Source of the DNA: an uncultured Alphaproteobacteria bacterium
GTDB lineage: Bacteria; Pseudomonadota; Alphaproteobacteria; RF32; CAG-239
Length of the DNA stretch: 64,000 nt
Reading direction: 5' to 3'
Assembly (NCBI GenBank): GCA_910577095.1
Contig: CAJTLY010000004.1
Span: forward strand, 51,021 to 115,020
Below are positions 35,026 through 45,333 of this stretch, piece by piece (position 1 is the first letter of the stretch; every line of letters starts with the position of its first letter). The notes under the pieces were generated by a model, which made no database searches, was not told where the DNA came from, and worked only from the letters and a program-made list of their open reading frames with translations. Made by a program: the position numbers and the translations under genes.

Positions 35026-36061
35026 TAACCGTTTCTCCTTTCTCGCGCAGTTTTTTCGCCCGCTCGCGGCGCGTTTCCACCGGCACTTGCGGCATCAGCG
35101 CCGCCGGCGTGCCCGGCCGTTCCGAATACGGAAACACATGAAGCCGTTCAATTCCCGCCTCGTCCACCAGCTTAAGCGTGTTGGCAAACGCCTCATCGCT
35201 TTCGGTCGGAAAACCGCAGATAAAATCGGCGCCGAACGTTGCTTCCGGTCGCACGGCGCGAATTTTCGAACACAAACTTATAACATCTTCGCGGCAATGA
35301 CGACGGCGCATCCTTTTCAACACCAAATTGTCACCCGACTGCACCGACAAATGAAAATGCGGATAAATGTTTTTATATCTGCCGACTAACGCAATAAACG
35401 CCTCGTCCACTGCCGCCGGATCCAGCGACCCGAACTGCAACGACGGCAATGCCGGAAAAGTTTCGACAATCTTATTGACCAGCCCGCTGAACGACGGCCG
35501 GTAAGAACACGCGTCAACGCCGGTGAGACAAATTTCTTCAAATCCCTGTTCCAGCAAAACGCCGATCTGTCGCAAAACGTCAGCCTCGGGAACCGAACGG
35601 TTGTTGCCGCGCGCAAACGGCACAATACAATAAGTGCAGCGGTGGTCGCATCCCTGCTGAATTTGCACAAATGCCCGCTGCCGTCCTTCAAAACCGGTAA
35701 TCAGAAAATCGTCATATTTATCATAATCAAAAATATCGCCGACGACCGTCTTTTCGGAAATCTCGCCGACAATATATTTCTCAAGTGCGGCTTTTTCACG
35801 GTTTCCCAACACCAAATCCACTTCCGGCATTCTGGCAAAAGACTTCGGATTGATCTGAGCGGCACAGCCGGTTACCACAATTTTCGCCTCAGGGTTCTGT
35901 TTGCGCAGTTTACGCACCGTTTGCCGACACTGCCGTTCCGCCTCACGGGTAACCGCACAGGTGTTGACAATCACCAGATGTTCCATCCCGGCAAACTTCT
36001 CTTTTAAAATTTCAGATTCATAGCTGTTAATCCGACAGCCTAAAGTTACCACTTCAACCAT
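35018..36061 (-). CDS. radical SAM methylthiotransferase (MiaB/RimO/MtaB family), short form
   Basis: N-terminal MTTase domain VVTLGCRINSYESE...IVNTCAVT. Radical SAM CDHRCTYCIVP. Only 347 aa, so it appears to lack a C-terminal TRAM domain. Confidence 0.65.
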   Translation of the reverse strand: MVEVVTLGCRINSYESEILKEKFAGMEHLVIVNTCAVTREAERQCRQTVRKLRKQNPEAKIVVTGCAAQINPKSFARMPEVDLVLGNREKAALEKYIVGEISEKTVVGDIFDYDKYDDFLITGFEGRQRAFVQIQQGCDHRCTYCIVPFARGNNRSVPEADVLRQIGVLLEQGFEEICLTGVDACSYRPSFSGLVNKIVETFPALPSLQFGSLDPAAVDEAFIALVGRYKNIYPHFHLSVQSGDNLVLKRMRRRHCREDVISLCSKIRAVRPEATFGADFICGFPTESDEAFANTLKLVDEAGIERLHVFPYSERPGTPAALMPQVPVETRRERAKKLREKGETVNG

Positions 36062-36185
36062 TGTCTTTTTTCCTCATAACTTGCCTGAATATAGGTAATA
36101 ATTCCCAACTTGGCAAGCATAAACGGCTTCGAGGTTAAATAAGCATCCGGGCAAACTTTCCGAACACATCGTTCAATATCGTTTT

Positions 36186-36980
36186 TTACGGCATAACCCG
36201 GCTTTCGATATCCTTGAAATACTGCACGTTTTCCGACTTCAGTTCACTGGTGGCGGCTTCGTCGCAAACCACAATGCCGTAACGATGCATCTGCAAAATA
36301 CTGACCGGCCACATATGGTTGATTCCGCATTCCACCGCATGATGAAGCGCCCGTGCCTTTTTGGGGCCGGTAACCAATATCATAACTTCTTCGGCATCCA
36401 TAATAGTGCCGACGCCGACCGTCAGCGCCATTGTCGGCACTTGGCTTTCGTCACCGTCAAAAAAGCGCGAATTTGCTTTAATCGTATCTTTGGTCAGGGT
36501 TTTGACCCGGGTGCGCGAAGATAACGAAGAAGCGGGTTCGTTAAACGCAATATGACCATCCTCGCCGACCCCGCCGACAAACAGATTAATCTTCCCGTAG
36601 CGGCGGATTTTTTCTTCATATTCGGCACACTCTTTTCCGAAATCGCGGGTCATCCCGTTCAAAATATTAATGTTTTCGGGACGAATATCGATATGTTTGA
36701 AAAAGTTTTCTTCCATAAAATAGTGATAGCTCTGCGGATGCGCCGGCGGCAGTCCGATATATTCGTCCATATTAAAAGTCACCACATTTTCAAAAGAAAG
36801 TTTTCCCTCTTTCACCATCTCGATCAGGCGCCGATACATCCCGAGCGGCGTCGAACCGGTCGGCAGCCCCAAAACAAACGGCCGTTCTTTGGTCGGACGA
36901 AAGGCCTTAATCTTAAAGGCCACATAATTGGCCGCCCACAAAGAACATTCGTCATAGTCGTTTTTGATAATCACTCTCAT
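36186..36980 (-). CDS. nagB: glucosamine-6-phosphate deaminase
   Basis: 264 aa: [20 protein letters not shown]...LGLPTGSTP... Confidence 0.85.
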   Translation of the reverse strand: MRVIIKNDYDECSLWAANYVAFKIKAFRPTKERPFVLGLPTGSTPLGMYRRLIEMVKEGKLSFENVVTFNMDEYIGLPPAHPQSYHYFMEENFFKHIDIRPENINILNGMTRDFGKECAEYEEKIRRYGKINLFVGGVGEDGHIAFNEPASSLSSRTRVKTLTKDTIKANSRFFDGDESQVPTMALTVGVGTIMDAEEVMILVTGPKKARALHHAVECGINHMWPVSILQMHRYGIVVCDEAATSELKSENVQYFKDIESRVMP

Positions 36981-38137
36981 AATTTTTTCTCCCGTATAAA
37001 TTTACCGCCGGCCATTGTATCAACCAGGTTAAAGTTCTTGTCCATAATAATCAGATCGGCGTCATATCCGGGAACAATCATCCCCTTGCCCGCCTGTTTC
37101 ATAATTTGCGCCGGGTTGACCGACGCCATCCGGATCGCGTCTTCCGGACTGACTCCGTATTCGATCAGATTGCGAAAACCGTCGTACAGCGTAATCCCCG
37201 AACCGATAATCACCTCATCGGCCTTGCGTTTGAAACATTTGTCAAAATAAAAATCGGCATCCGCCGGCGGCTCGGCATGAGCATATTTCAAAGCATCGCT
37301 GATCAAAACCAACTTGCCGATCGGTTTGCTTTGCATCAGCAGCTTGATTAAATTCGGGTTGGTGTGCACGCCGTCACCGATAAACTCGCACGAAATCTCC
37401 GCATGAATCAGCCCGGCTCCCACCACACCCGGTTCACGATGATGCAGCGGCCGCATCGCATTGAACATATGGGTCAAATGCATAATGTTAACCTGCATCC
37501 CTTCAATCATCTGTTCATACGTGGCATCGGTATGCCCGGCCTGCAGGATAATGCCGCGTTCAATACAATAAAGCGCCAGTTCCCGCATATTTTTCAATTC
37601 CGGCGCCACCGTCATATTGATAATTTTTCCCCGCGCCGCTTTATAAATACGTTCCATCAGACCCAAATCAACCGGAGATATGCCCTCCGCCAGCTGACCG
37701 CCGATTCGCGCCGGCGACAAAAAAGGCCCCTCAAGATGAATCCCCAAAATCTGCGCCCCGGTTTCCCGGCCCATCGCTTTCAAAACGGCTTTGATTTTTT
37801 TCATCAGGTCCGCTTCCGGAGTTGCGCCGATGGTCGGAATAAACGAGGTTATGCCGTACCGCGCCAGAAAAGAAGACATTCCGAGAATTGAACGATAATC
37901 GCCGTCATCGGTACTGAAACCGCCGCTGCCGTGAATATGCGTATCCATAAACCCCGGAATCACGTTGGCACCGAGCAAATCAATTACCCGCACTTTGGAA
38001 GAAAACTTTTTTTGCTGAAACCTTTTTTCGTTGTAAACATCGGCAATTTTGCCGTCCTTGATATAAATCGCACAGTTCTTCATGACCGAAAAACCGGTAT
38101 ATACATTCGCATTATGCAGACATACGGCGTCATCCAT
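36977..38137 (-). CDS. nagA: N-acetylglucosamine-6-phosphate deacetylase
   Basis: 386-aa amidohydrolase: ...[13 protein letters not shown]..., ...HLEGPF..., ...[10 protein letters not shown]... Confidence 0.8.
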   Translation of the reverse strand: MDDAVCLHNANVYTGFSVMKNCAIYIKDGKIADVYNEKRFQQKKFSSKVRVIDLLGANVIPGFMDTHIHGSGGFSTDDGDYRSILGMSSFLARYGITSFIPTIGATPEADLMKKIKAVLKAMGRETGAQILGIHLEGPFLSPARIGGQLAEGISPVDLGLMERIYKAARGKIINMTVAPELKNMRELALYCIERGIILQAGHTDATYEQMIEGMQVNIMHLTHMFNAMRPLHHREPGVVGAGLIHAEISCEFIGDGVHTNPNLIKLLMQSKPIGKLVLISDALKYAHAEPPADADFYFDKCFKRKADEVIIGSGITLYDGFRNLIEYGVSPEDAIRMASVNPAQIMKQAGKGMIVPGYDADLIIMDKNFNLVDTMAGGKFIREKKL

Positions 38138-38328
38138 GCCCTAACACTCCATAATTTTTACACTGTTATTATGACGTGACCGTCCGCTTTTGTAAAGCGT
38201 AAAAGATCGGAAAAAATATTTTGTTCAAGAGATATTCCCTGCAACAAACTTTCCTTCAGCTTCTGCAAAATACAACTTTTGTTCGCTCCCCTCCCAAAGC
38301 GGCTTAAGAAGCATAACCTTCAAACCGC

Positions 38329-38366
38329 AAAAAAAAGAGCGGTCTTTCGCAGACAGCTCTTTTTTC
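38329..38366. terminator. probable terminator (A8-stem-T5)
   Basis: aaaaaaaagagc-ggtctttcgcagac-agctcttttttc downstream of the 38382..38696 gene. Confidence 0.35.
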
Positions 38367-38381
38367 ATCGTTGCATACAGC

Positions 38382-38696
38382 TTATCGCTTCCAGCCTTTC
38401 ATAACCGAACGCACAAAGTCCGCATACTGTCGCAGATCGGGCAGGAACCACAACAACAGGGCAAAAACCAACATTGCGCCGGAAATGTAAAAACTCCACA
38501 GCGGAATCTCTACAAACAGCCAGACCAGACCGGCACCGACATGTGCAATTGCCGTATATTCATACAGTTTTTTTGCACAAACATAGCAAACATGCCAGCC
38601 GCCGGACCACCGGTTGTCACTCAACTGAAAAACTAAAGTGACAAAACCGAATATGAACGCCAGCATAAAGCAAATAAGCATCATCACAAAGTTCAT
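38382..38696 (-). CDS. hypothetical small membrane protein
   Basis: 104 aa, three predicted TM helices. Confidence 0.4.
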   Translation of the reverse strand: MNFVMMLICFMLAFIFGFVTLVFQLSDNRWSGGWHVCYVCAKKLYEYTAIAHVGAGLVWLFVEIPLWSFYISGAMLVFALLLWFLPDLRQYADFVRSVMKGWKR

Positions 38697-38769
38697 AGGC
38701 TTTAATTTTTAAATAATTCTTCAACGTTTGTAATTTTAGACACAAAAATCATAAAAAGCAATAATTTTT

Positions 38770-39260
38770 TAAAATCGTTCCTTCTATCCGTCGATTCCAA
38801 CCGCCCTTTTTCCCCATTCCCGCTTGCTCTTCCCCTTCTTCTCTGCCCCTTTTTCTCCGTTTTTCTTTATCTTCCCCTTTACTCTCCATCCCTTTCCTCC
38901 CTGCCTGCCCACCACCGTCTCTCCTCTACCTATTTCCTTTGTCTGACAGCCGTTTTTCTCCGTTTACCGTCACTTATTCTCTTCTTTTTCTGTTCTTCGC
39001 CTCCTTCAGCCCCTGTCCTCTTTTCAGTTTTCTCTCCTCCTGTCCGCCGCTTGTCTCAACCTTCCGCCGCCCCTGTCCTCGTTTTCCGCCTTTTTCCCTT
39101 ATCGTCGTCGGCCGTTTTTCCCTTTCCCTGCTTCCCCCTTTTCTCCTCCCCCACTTACCGTCTCCTCTCTTTCCGCTTGTTCCCTCTCCCCTCTTTCTTT
39201 TCTGCCTTTTCTACGCTTTTTTCGCTCTCTTTCCCAACTTTCCTCCTTTGTCTCTCACTG
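38770..39260. repeat. ~490-bp polypyrimidine (plus strand) / polypurine (minus strand) tract with degenerate internal repeats
   Basis: The plus strand is almost exclusively C/T over about 490 bp (e.g. ccccttcttctctgcccctttttctccgtttttctttatcttcccctttactctcc...). The degenerate unit gcccctgtcctc(g)ttttc recurs at 39011 and 39071. It lies in the intergenic space between the PFOR 3' end and the 38382..38696 gene start. Confidence 0.6.
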
Positions 39261-39552
39261 GCGCAAATTTCTGTCCGCATTATTTTTTGTTGTCATAACC
39301 GCCCAAGCATGATATTTTTCCCACATCAAAAATTATCCTGACACTATTAACTCTAAAACATTAAAAACATGACCGTACAAACTCTCATTCTGCTGACTGT
39401 CATCGTCATACTGGCCGTCATATGCCTCTGCCAGTTTGTAATCATCCGCAGACAAAGAAAAGAAATCAGACAATACAAAATCGAACAGTATGTCTCTTTC
39501 TCCCATCATTAAGCGTAGTGGCCGACACACAACGTCCGCCGTTTTAAAAACT

Positions 39553-39582
39553 AAAAAAGCACCTCCGAAGAGGTGCTTTTTT
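39553..39582. terminator. bidirectional rho-independent terminator (A6-gcacctc-cgaa-gaggtgc-T6) downstream of the PFOR gene
   Basis: Perfect 7-bp GC-rich stem flanked by A and T runs. Confidence 0.55.
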
Positions 39583-39595
39583 ATTGTGGGTTGGC

Positions 39596-42500
39596 TTATT
39601 CGGCTGCAGAAGGATCGTTTTCTTCAACCTTGTATTCGGCCATGTGCTCCAGCAGGCTGCGTTTTTCCTTAACGTTTTCCTGAGCCTTGTTAAGTAAGGT
39701 CTCATAACGTTCCGGATTCATTTTGTTCACAACCTGGAACCGGGTTTCGTTCGACATATAGTCGGACAACGGTTTTGTCGGCGCTTTAGAATCCAGCATC
39801 AGCGGCGCTTTGCCTTCGCGGATGTTTTCCGGATTGTAGCGATACAACGGCCAGCTGCCGGTTTCAACCGCATTCTTCTGGTGTTCCAAACCGTCTGCAA
39901 GGTTAAAGCCCTGAGCAATACAGTGCGAGTAGGCAATAATCAGCGACGGACCGTCAAAGGCCTCTGCTTCGTTCAAAGCCTTGATCGTTTGCATATCGTT
40001 GGCACCGACCGAAATCTGAGCCACATATACGTTACCGTAAGACATCGCAATCATGCCGAGGTCTTTCTTCGGCAAAGCCTTACCGGCGGTTGCAAACTTG
40101 GCCGACGCACCCATCGGGGTCGCTTTCGACTGCTGTCCGCCGGTATTGGAGTAAACGCCGGTATCCATAACCATGATATTGATGTTCTTGCCGGAAGCAA
40201 TCGCATGATCCAAACCGCCGAAACCGATATCATAGGCCCAACCGTCGCCGCCCAAGATCCAAACCGACTTCTTAATCAGATAATCGGCCAGTTCATTCAA
40301 ATGTTTGGCTTCGGCACTGTCCATAGCTGCCAGTCGGTCGCGCAGAGCTTTGACGTTGGCGCGCTGGTCATCGATTTCAATATCGGTTGCCTGCGGATTG
40401 CTCAAGATTTTTTCAACCAACTCGGCACCGATCCGGTCTTTCTGTTCTTCCAGCAGTTTTTTGGCAAAAGCCGTCTGCTGGTCAATCGAGAATCTCATTC
40501 CCAAACCAAATTCGGCATTGTCTTCAAACAGCGAGTTTGCCCAAGCCGGACCATGACCTTTTTCGTCTTTGGCATAAGGTGTGGTCGGCAGGTTGCCCGA
40601 ATAAATCGAAGAACATCCGGTTGCATTGGCAACGACCATCCGGTCACCGAACAACTGGGTCAGCAATTTGACATACGGCGTTTCGCCGCAGCCGCCGCAA
40701 GCGCCCGAGAATTCGAACAACGGCTGAATCATCTGTGTGGTCTTGGGCAGGTTTTTGGCAACTTCGGTACGTTTAACGTACGGCAGGGTTTCAAAGAACT
40801 TCCAGTTGGCAACCTGTTGTTCCAGATGATTTTCGATGTGGTCCATGTTGATGGCTTTTTTCGCCGGATCTTCCTTATTTTTGGCCGGGCAGGCAGAAAC
40901 GCACAGACCGCAACCGGTGCAATCTTCCGGCGAAATTTGCAGAATGAACTGCTTGCCGGCAAATTCCTTGCCTTTGTACGGCGCCGATTTGAAGCCGGCC
41001 GGCGCGTTTTTCAGTTCTTCTTCCGAAGCAACTTTCATACGGATCACGCCGTGCGGGCAAACCAGCGAACACTTGCCGCATTGAATACAGGTAGCCGGAT
41101 CCCAAACCGGAATTTCGGTCGCAATGCAGCGTTTTTCATACTGAGTGGTTCCGGTCGGCCAGGTACCGTCGACAACTTCGGCAAAAGCAGATACCGGCAG
41201 CTGATCACCGCGGTCGGCAATCAGTTCGGCCGTCAGTTTCTGAACAAATTCGGGCGCATTGGCCGGAACCGGCGCCTGACGGTTGAAAGTCGAGGTAACC
41301 GTTGCCGGATATTCAACTTTGTGCAGATGAGCCAGCGAAGCGTCCACCGCGGCAAAGTTCTTTTGAACAATCGCATCGCCTTTCTTGCTGTAAGTTTTCT
41401 TAATCGCATTCTTGATCTGAGCAATTGCTTCGTCTTTGGGCAGAATATTCGAAATGGCAAAGAAACAAGCCTGCATAATGGTGTTAATGCGCTGTCCCAT
41501 ACCGGTTTCGCGGGCAACTTCCACCGCATTGATGGTATAAAAGTTCAGTTTCTTGTCAATAATTTCCTGCTGAACTTCGCGCGGCAGATGATTCCAAACT
41601 TCCGAAGCGGCATACGGTGCATTGAGCAGGAAAGTCGCGCCGGGTTTGGCAATCTTCAGAATGTCAACCTTGTTCATGAAAGGGAACTGGTGGCAGGCAA
41701 CAAAATCTGCCTTATTGATCAAATAAGCCGATTTGATCGGATTGTCGGAAAAACGCAGGTGCGAAGTGGTCATCGAACCGGACTTGCGGGAGTCGTATAC
41801 AAAATAACCCTGTCCGTATTTGCCGGCGTCTTCGGCAATGATCTTAATCGAGTTTTTGTTGGCCCCTACGGTACCGTCGGCGCCCAAACCGTAAAATACG
41901 GCACGAACGACGTCTTTCGGTTCGGTATCGATTGAATCGTCAAAAGCCAGTGACTTGTGGGTCACGTCATCGGTAATGCCGACGGCAAAACCGTTAATCG
42001 GCTTGGCGGCAAAACCGTTGTCAAACACGGCTTTGACCATACCCGGGGTAAATTCTTTGGACGACAGGCCGTAACGACCGCCGACGATTTTCGGCATATT
42101 GGCAATCGCGCCGTTGGCAAATGCCTGGGTCAGCGTCGCAACAACATCCAGATACAACGGCTCGCCGATCGAACCCGATTCTTTGGTCCGGTCGAGAACC
42201 GAAACCACTTTAACCGACTTCGGCAAAACTTTGAGGAAAGACTTTTCCGGGAACGGACGATACAGGTGAACTTTCAAAACGCCGAGTTTTGCTCCCTGAG
42301 CATTCAGATAGTTAATGGTTTCTTCAACCGTTTCGGCGCCCGAACCCATAATAACGATAACCTGTTCGGCATCTTCGGCACCGGTATAGTCGACAACATG
42401 ATACTGACGGCCGGAAATCTTGGCAAACTTGTCCATTTCTTCGGCAACAATTCCTTCAACCTTGTCATAGAAAGGATTGCAGGCTTCACGACCCTGGAAG

Positions 42501-43177
42501 AACACGTCGGGGTTCTGAGCGGTACCGCGGATAACCGGAGCTTCCGGACGCAGAGCGTGTTTGGCGTTGAAAGAATAATCCACGCCTTCCAGCATCGCTT
42601 TCAAATCGTCATCGGAAAGCACTTTGATTTTCTTAATTTCGTGAGAAGTGCGGAAACCGTCAAAGAAATGCATGAACGGAACGCGCGAACGCAAAGTCGA
42701 AGTCTGGGCAATCGCTGCCATATCGTGAGCTTCCTGCACCGAATTGGAACACAGCATCGCAAAACCGGTCTGACGGCAGCTCATCACGTCGGTATGATCG
42801 CCGAAAATCGACAGGGCATGATAAGCCAGCGAACGTGCGGCAACATGCATGACAAACGGCGACAGTTCGCCGGCGATTTTGTACATATTCGGGATCATCA
42901 GCAACAGTCCCTGCGAAGCGGTAAAGGTGGTGGTCAGCGCACCGGCCTGAACAGAACCGTGGCAGGCACCGGCAGCGCCGGCTTCCGACTGCATTTCCTG
43001 AACTTCGGGCACAATCCCCCACAGGTTTTTCTGCTTGGCGGCAGACCATGCGTCAGCCCACTCGCCCATCGGCGACGACGGGGTAATCGGATAAATAACG
43101 CATACTTCGTTCATACGATGGGCAACCGAAGCGGCGGCTTCGTTACCGTCCATCATTTTCATTTTCACTTCTGACAT
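39596..43177 (-). CDS. nifJ: pyruvate:ferredoxin (flavodoxin) oxidoreductase, single-polypeptide PFOR
   Basis: 1193 aa. Two ferredoxin-type CxxCxxCxxxCP motifs (CIQCGKCSLVCPHG; CTGCGLCVSACPAK). TPP-binding domain ...GGDGWAYDIGFGG... Confidence 0.9.
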   Translation of the reverse strand: MSEVKMKMMDGNEAAASVAHRMNEVCVIYPITPSSPMGEWADAWSAAKQKNLWGIVPEVQEMQSEAGAAGACHGSVQAGALTTTFTASQGLLLMIPNMYKIAGELSPFVMHVAARSLAYHALSIFGDHTDVMSCRQTGFAMLCSNSVQEAHDMAAIAQTSTLRSRVPFMHFFDGFRTSHEIKKIKVLSDDDLKAMLEGVDYSFNAKHALRPEAPVIRGTAQNPDVFFQGREACNPFYDKVEGIVAEEMDKFAKISGRQYHVVDYTGAEDAEQVIVIMGSGAETVEETINYLNAQGAKLGVLKVHLYRPFPEKSFLKVLPKSVKVVSVLDRTKESGSIGEPLYLDVVATLTQAFANGAIANMPKIVGGRYGLSSKEFTPGMVKAVFDNGFAAKPINGFAVGITDDVTHKSLAFDDSIDTEPKDVVRAVFYGLGADGTVGANKNSIKIIAEDAGKYGQGYFVYDSRKSGSMTTSHLRFSDNPIKSAYLINKADFVACHQFPFMNKVDILKIAKPGATFLLNAPYAASEVWNHLPREVQQEIIDKKLNFYTINAVEVARETGMGQRINTIMQACFFAISNILPKDEAIAQIKNAIKKTYSKKGDAIVQKNFAAVDASLAHLHKVEYPATVTSTFNRQAPVPANAPEFVQKLTAELIADRGDQLPVSAFAEVVDGTWPTGTTQYEKRCIATEIPVWDPATCIQCGKCSLVCPHGVIRMKVASEEELKNAPAGFKSAPYKGKEFAGKQFILQISPEDCTGCGLCVSACPAKNKEDPAKKAINMDHIENHLEQQVANWKFFETLPYVKRTEVAKNLPKTTQMIQPLFEFSGACGGCGETPYVKLLTQLFGDRMVVANATGCSSIYSGNLPTTPYAKDEKGHGPAWANSLFEDNAEFGLGMRFSIDQQTAFAKKLLEEQKDRIGAELVEKILSNPQATDIEIDDQRANVKALRDRLAAMDSAEAKHLNELADYLIKKSVWILGGDGWAYDIGFGGLDHAIASGKNINIMVMDTGVYSNTGGQQSKATPMGASAKFATAGKALPKKDLGMIAMSYGNVYVAQISVGANDMQTIKALNEAEAFDGPSLIIAYSHCIAQGFNLADGLEHQKNAVETGSWPLYRYNPENIREGKAPLMLDSKAPTKPLSDYMSNETRFQVVNKMNPERYETLLNKAQENVKEKRSLLEHMAEYKVEENDPSAAE

Positions 43178-43358
43178 TTTATTTCCTTGTTAATGTTAAC
43201 CATGTTTAGAAAAAAATTTCTGCCATTCCTATAGCACGACAGAAAGCAAAAATCTATCAAAAAATGACAAATTTGAAGATATTTTTATTTGTTAACCTAT
43301 TCTTTGCACTTTTTTTCTAATATGATAAAAAACTGAAATATTCGGAGAGACAACACCC

Positions 43359-43646
43359 ATGAAAAACAACCTGTCCGCCCTCATTTTTGCCCTGCTTGTT
43401 GCCGGCTGTTCCGCCGCGCCGGTTGACAAAACCCCGCAAACGCAAAACGGTAAGCTCTATTCCTGTATGCTGGAACGCTTTCACGAATTGAAAGACGACG
43501 GCACACTGGCTCAAACGAAAGACGATTGGGCTTTGGCCGGTGAAGTTCAGCAACAATGCATTCGCAAGCTTGATATGCCTGCCGACAACTTTAACACTTT
43601 GCAGGGAATGAACGTCGGCGTCAGCATGATCGGATCCATGCGCTGA
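43359..43646 (+). CDS. hypothetical lipoprotein
   Basis: Lipobox LLVAGCSAAP. 95 aa. Confidence 0.45.
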   Translation: MKNNLSALIFALLVAGCSAAPVDKTPQTQNGKLYSCMLERFHELKDDGTLAQTKDDWALAGEVQQQCIRKLDMPADNFNTLQGMNVGVSMIGSMR

Positions 43647-43668
43647 CTTTTACTGCCCTGAGCAAGGT

Positions 43669-44538
43669 TTATACAGCTTCCAGTAAATAATCGGCTTCTA
43701 TCCGCAAATCTTTCATGTAGGCGCGCAAGTCGTCAAATTCGCCTTCGTCGGTCATGTTTTTGTAACTGATTCCCGAAGTTACCAACGCGGTCTTCAACCC
43801 CAGACTGGCAGCCCCCAAAATATCGGTTTCCAACGTATCGCCCACCATCAGGATTCTTTCGGGCGCGATATTTTCATATTCCTCCAAGGCGGCAACAAAT
43901 ATCTCCGGATACGGTTTGCCGAAATACTCCGTTTCACCGCCGATTTCCTCATAATAACGCGCCAGACTTCCCTGACAGACGACCGGTTCGTCATAACCGC
44001 CGACATAAGCGCGCAAGTCGGGGTTGGCACAAACCAGCGTCAATCCCTGTTCGGCAAATTTCCGCAACTCGCGCTTGAAAGGCTCAACCGTCAAAACATT
44101 TACCGTCTTTCCTTCCCGGCAGATTTTCGGAATACCGATAAAAACAAAATCGGCCGCGGCGGGTTCGCTGACTTCAACATAACGGCTGTCGGCAAACAAA
44201 GCGGCTTCCTTTATTCCGTAAACATAATATCTCAGCCGCCGACGATCAGCAGAAAAGCAACGGTATGCCAACTCTCCCGACGAAAAAATCCGATCATAGT
44301 GAACGCCTTTTTCCAAACCGCGGACCGACTGAACTTTTTCCATTGCTTTCACCCGTTCGGTTCCGTTGGAAAGGATAACCACCTTTTTGCCCGCCTGCTT
44401 CAACGCCGCCAAATGCGCAGCCGCATTCTCATATAAACGGCTGCCGTCCCACAACACCCCGAAAACGTCAAAAACAAATAAGTCAAAATCGTTTTTTAAA
44501 GAAAGAACATTTTTCAAAGTTGTAATATTCGCTGGCAT
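43669..44538 (-). CDS. HAD-superfamily hydrolase, subfamily IIA
   Basis: N-terminal DVFGVLWDG (DxD... motif I). ...ILSNG... C-terminal ...MVGDTLETDILGA... Confidence 0.65.
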   Translation of the reverse strand: MPANITTLKNVLSLKNDFDLFVFDVFGVLWDGSRLYENAAAHLAALKQAGKKVVILSNGTERVKAMEKVQSVRGLEKGVHYDRIFSSGELAYRCFSADRRRLRYYVYGIKEAALFADSRYVEVSEPAAADFVFIGIPKICREGKTVNVLTVEPFKRELRKFAEQGLTLVCANPDLRAYVGGYDEPVVCQGSLARYYEEIGGETEYFGKPYPEIFVAALEEYENIAPERILMVGDTLETDILGAASLGLKTALVTSGISYKNMTDEGEFDDLRAYMKDLRIEADYLLEAV

Positions 44539-44562
44539 TTTTTATTTTTCCCGTTATCATCA

Positions 44563-45333
44563 GTGGGCAAGGAGAACATGTTTATGGCCGATTATACTCA
44601 AGACTACTTATTAGACAAGAAAATAAAGATTTTTCAACCGAACGACGGTTATCGGGCCTCTTCGGATGCCGTATTTTTGTCTTCCCTGCTTGACGGCGCG
44701 GCTCCCGGAGAAAAAATTCTCGATGTCGGTTCAGGCACCGGAGCGGTTTCGCTGTGCCTGGCCCACCGTTTTCCCCAAACTTCAATTACCGGAATCGAAA
44801 TCCAACCCCGTTTGGCGGAACTGTCGGCCATGAGCGCCGACGCCAACGGTTTTGACAAGCTAAAATATATCAACGCCGATATCCGGCAACCGCTCAACGA
44901 ACTTGCCAACGGCAGTTTTCATCATGTGATCACCAACCCGCCCTACGCCGATCGCGACATGCCTTCGCCCAACCCGAGCAAGGCCGCCGCCCACAACCTT
45001 CAACAGTTCGACCTTTCGGCATGGATTGCCTTTTGTTTGAAAATGTTGCGACCGCACGGTTATTTTTATATTGTCAACCGTGCCGAAGCGCTGGACCAAA
45101 TCTTGGCTTCTTTATATAAAAAAGCGGGCGCCGCCGTTATTGTGCCGCTTTTTTCCAAAACCGGACAAACGGCAAAACGCGTTTTGATTTCCGCCCGCAA
45201 AGATTCAAAAGCGCCGACGCGCATTTTTCCCGGCTTGACCGTCCACGATTCTTCCGGCGCTTATACCGAACGTGCCCACGGCATTCTACGCGAAGGACTG
45301 TCGCTTTTCTACGAAACCAGCTCTGCAAAATAG
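44563..45333 (+). CDS. tRNA (adenine37-N6)-methyltransferase (TrmN6/YfiC-like)
   Basis: ILDVGSGTGAVSLCLA (motif I) and VITNPPYADRD (motif IV NPPY). Confidence 0.7.
   Translation: MGKENMFMADYTQDYLLDKKIKIFQPNDGYRASSDAVFLSSLLDGAAPGEKILDVGSGTGAVSLCLAHRFPQTSITGIEIQPRLAELSAMSADANGFDKLKYINADIRQPLNELANGSFHHVITNPPYADRDMPSPNPSKAAAHNLQQFDLSAWIAFCLKMLRPHGYFYIVNRAEALDQILASLYKKAGAAVIVPLFSKTGQTAKRVLISARKDSKAPTRIFPGLTVHDSSGAYTERAHGILREGLSLFYETSSAK

Noticed and set aside
38939-39341. Two overlapping ORFs (119 and 96 aa) rich in Ser/Pro/Leu/Phe across the polypyrimidine tract
   Set aside because: Low-complexity translations of a C/T-only tract with no start context. Treated as non-coding repeat DNA.
39881-43174. 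Long plus-strand ORFs (684 aa and 405 aa) antisense to the pyruvate:ferredoxin oxidoreductase gene
   Set aside because: Shadow ORFs opposite a clearly coding 1193-aa PFOR gene. They have R/G/F-rich, low-complexity composition and no motifs.
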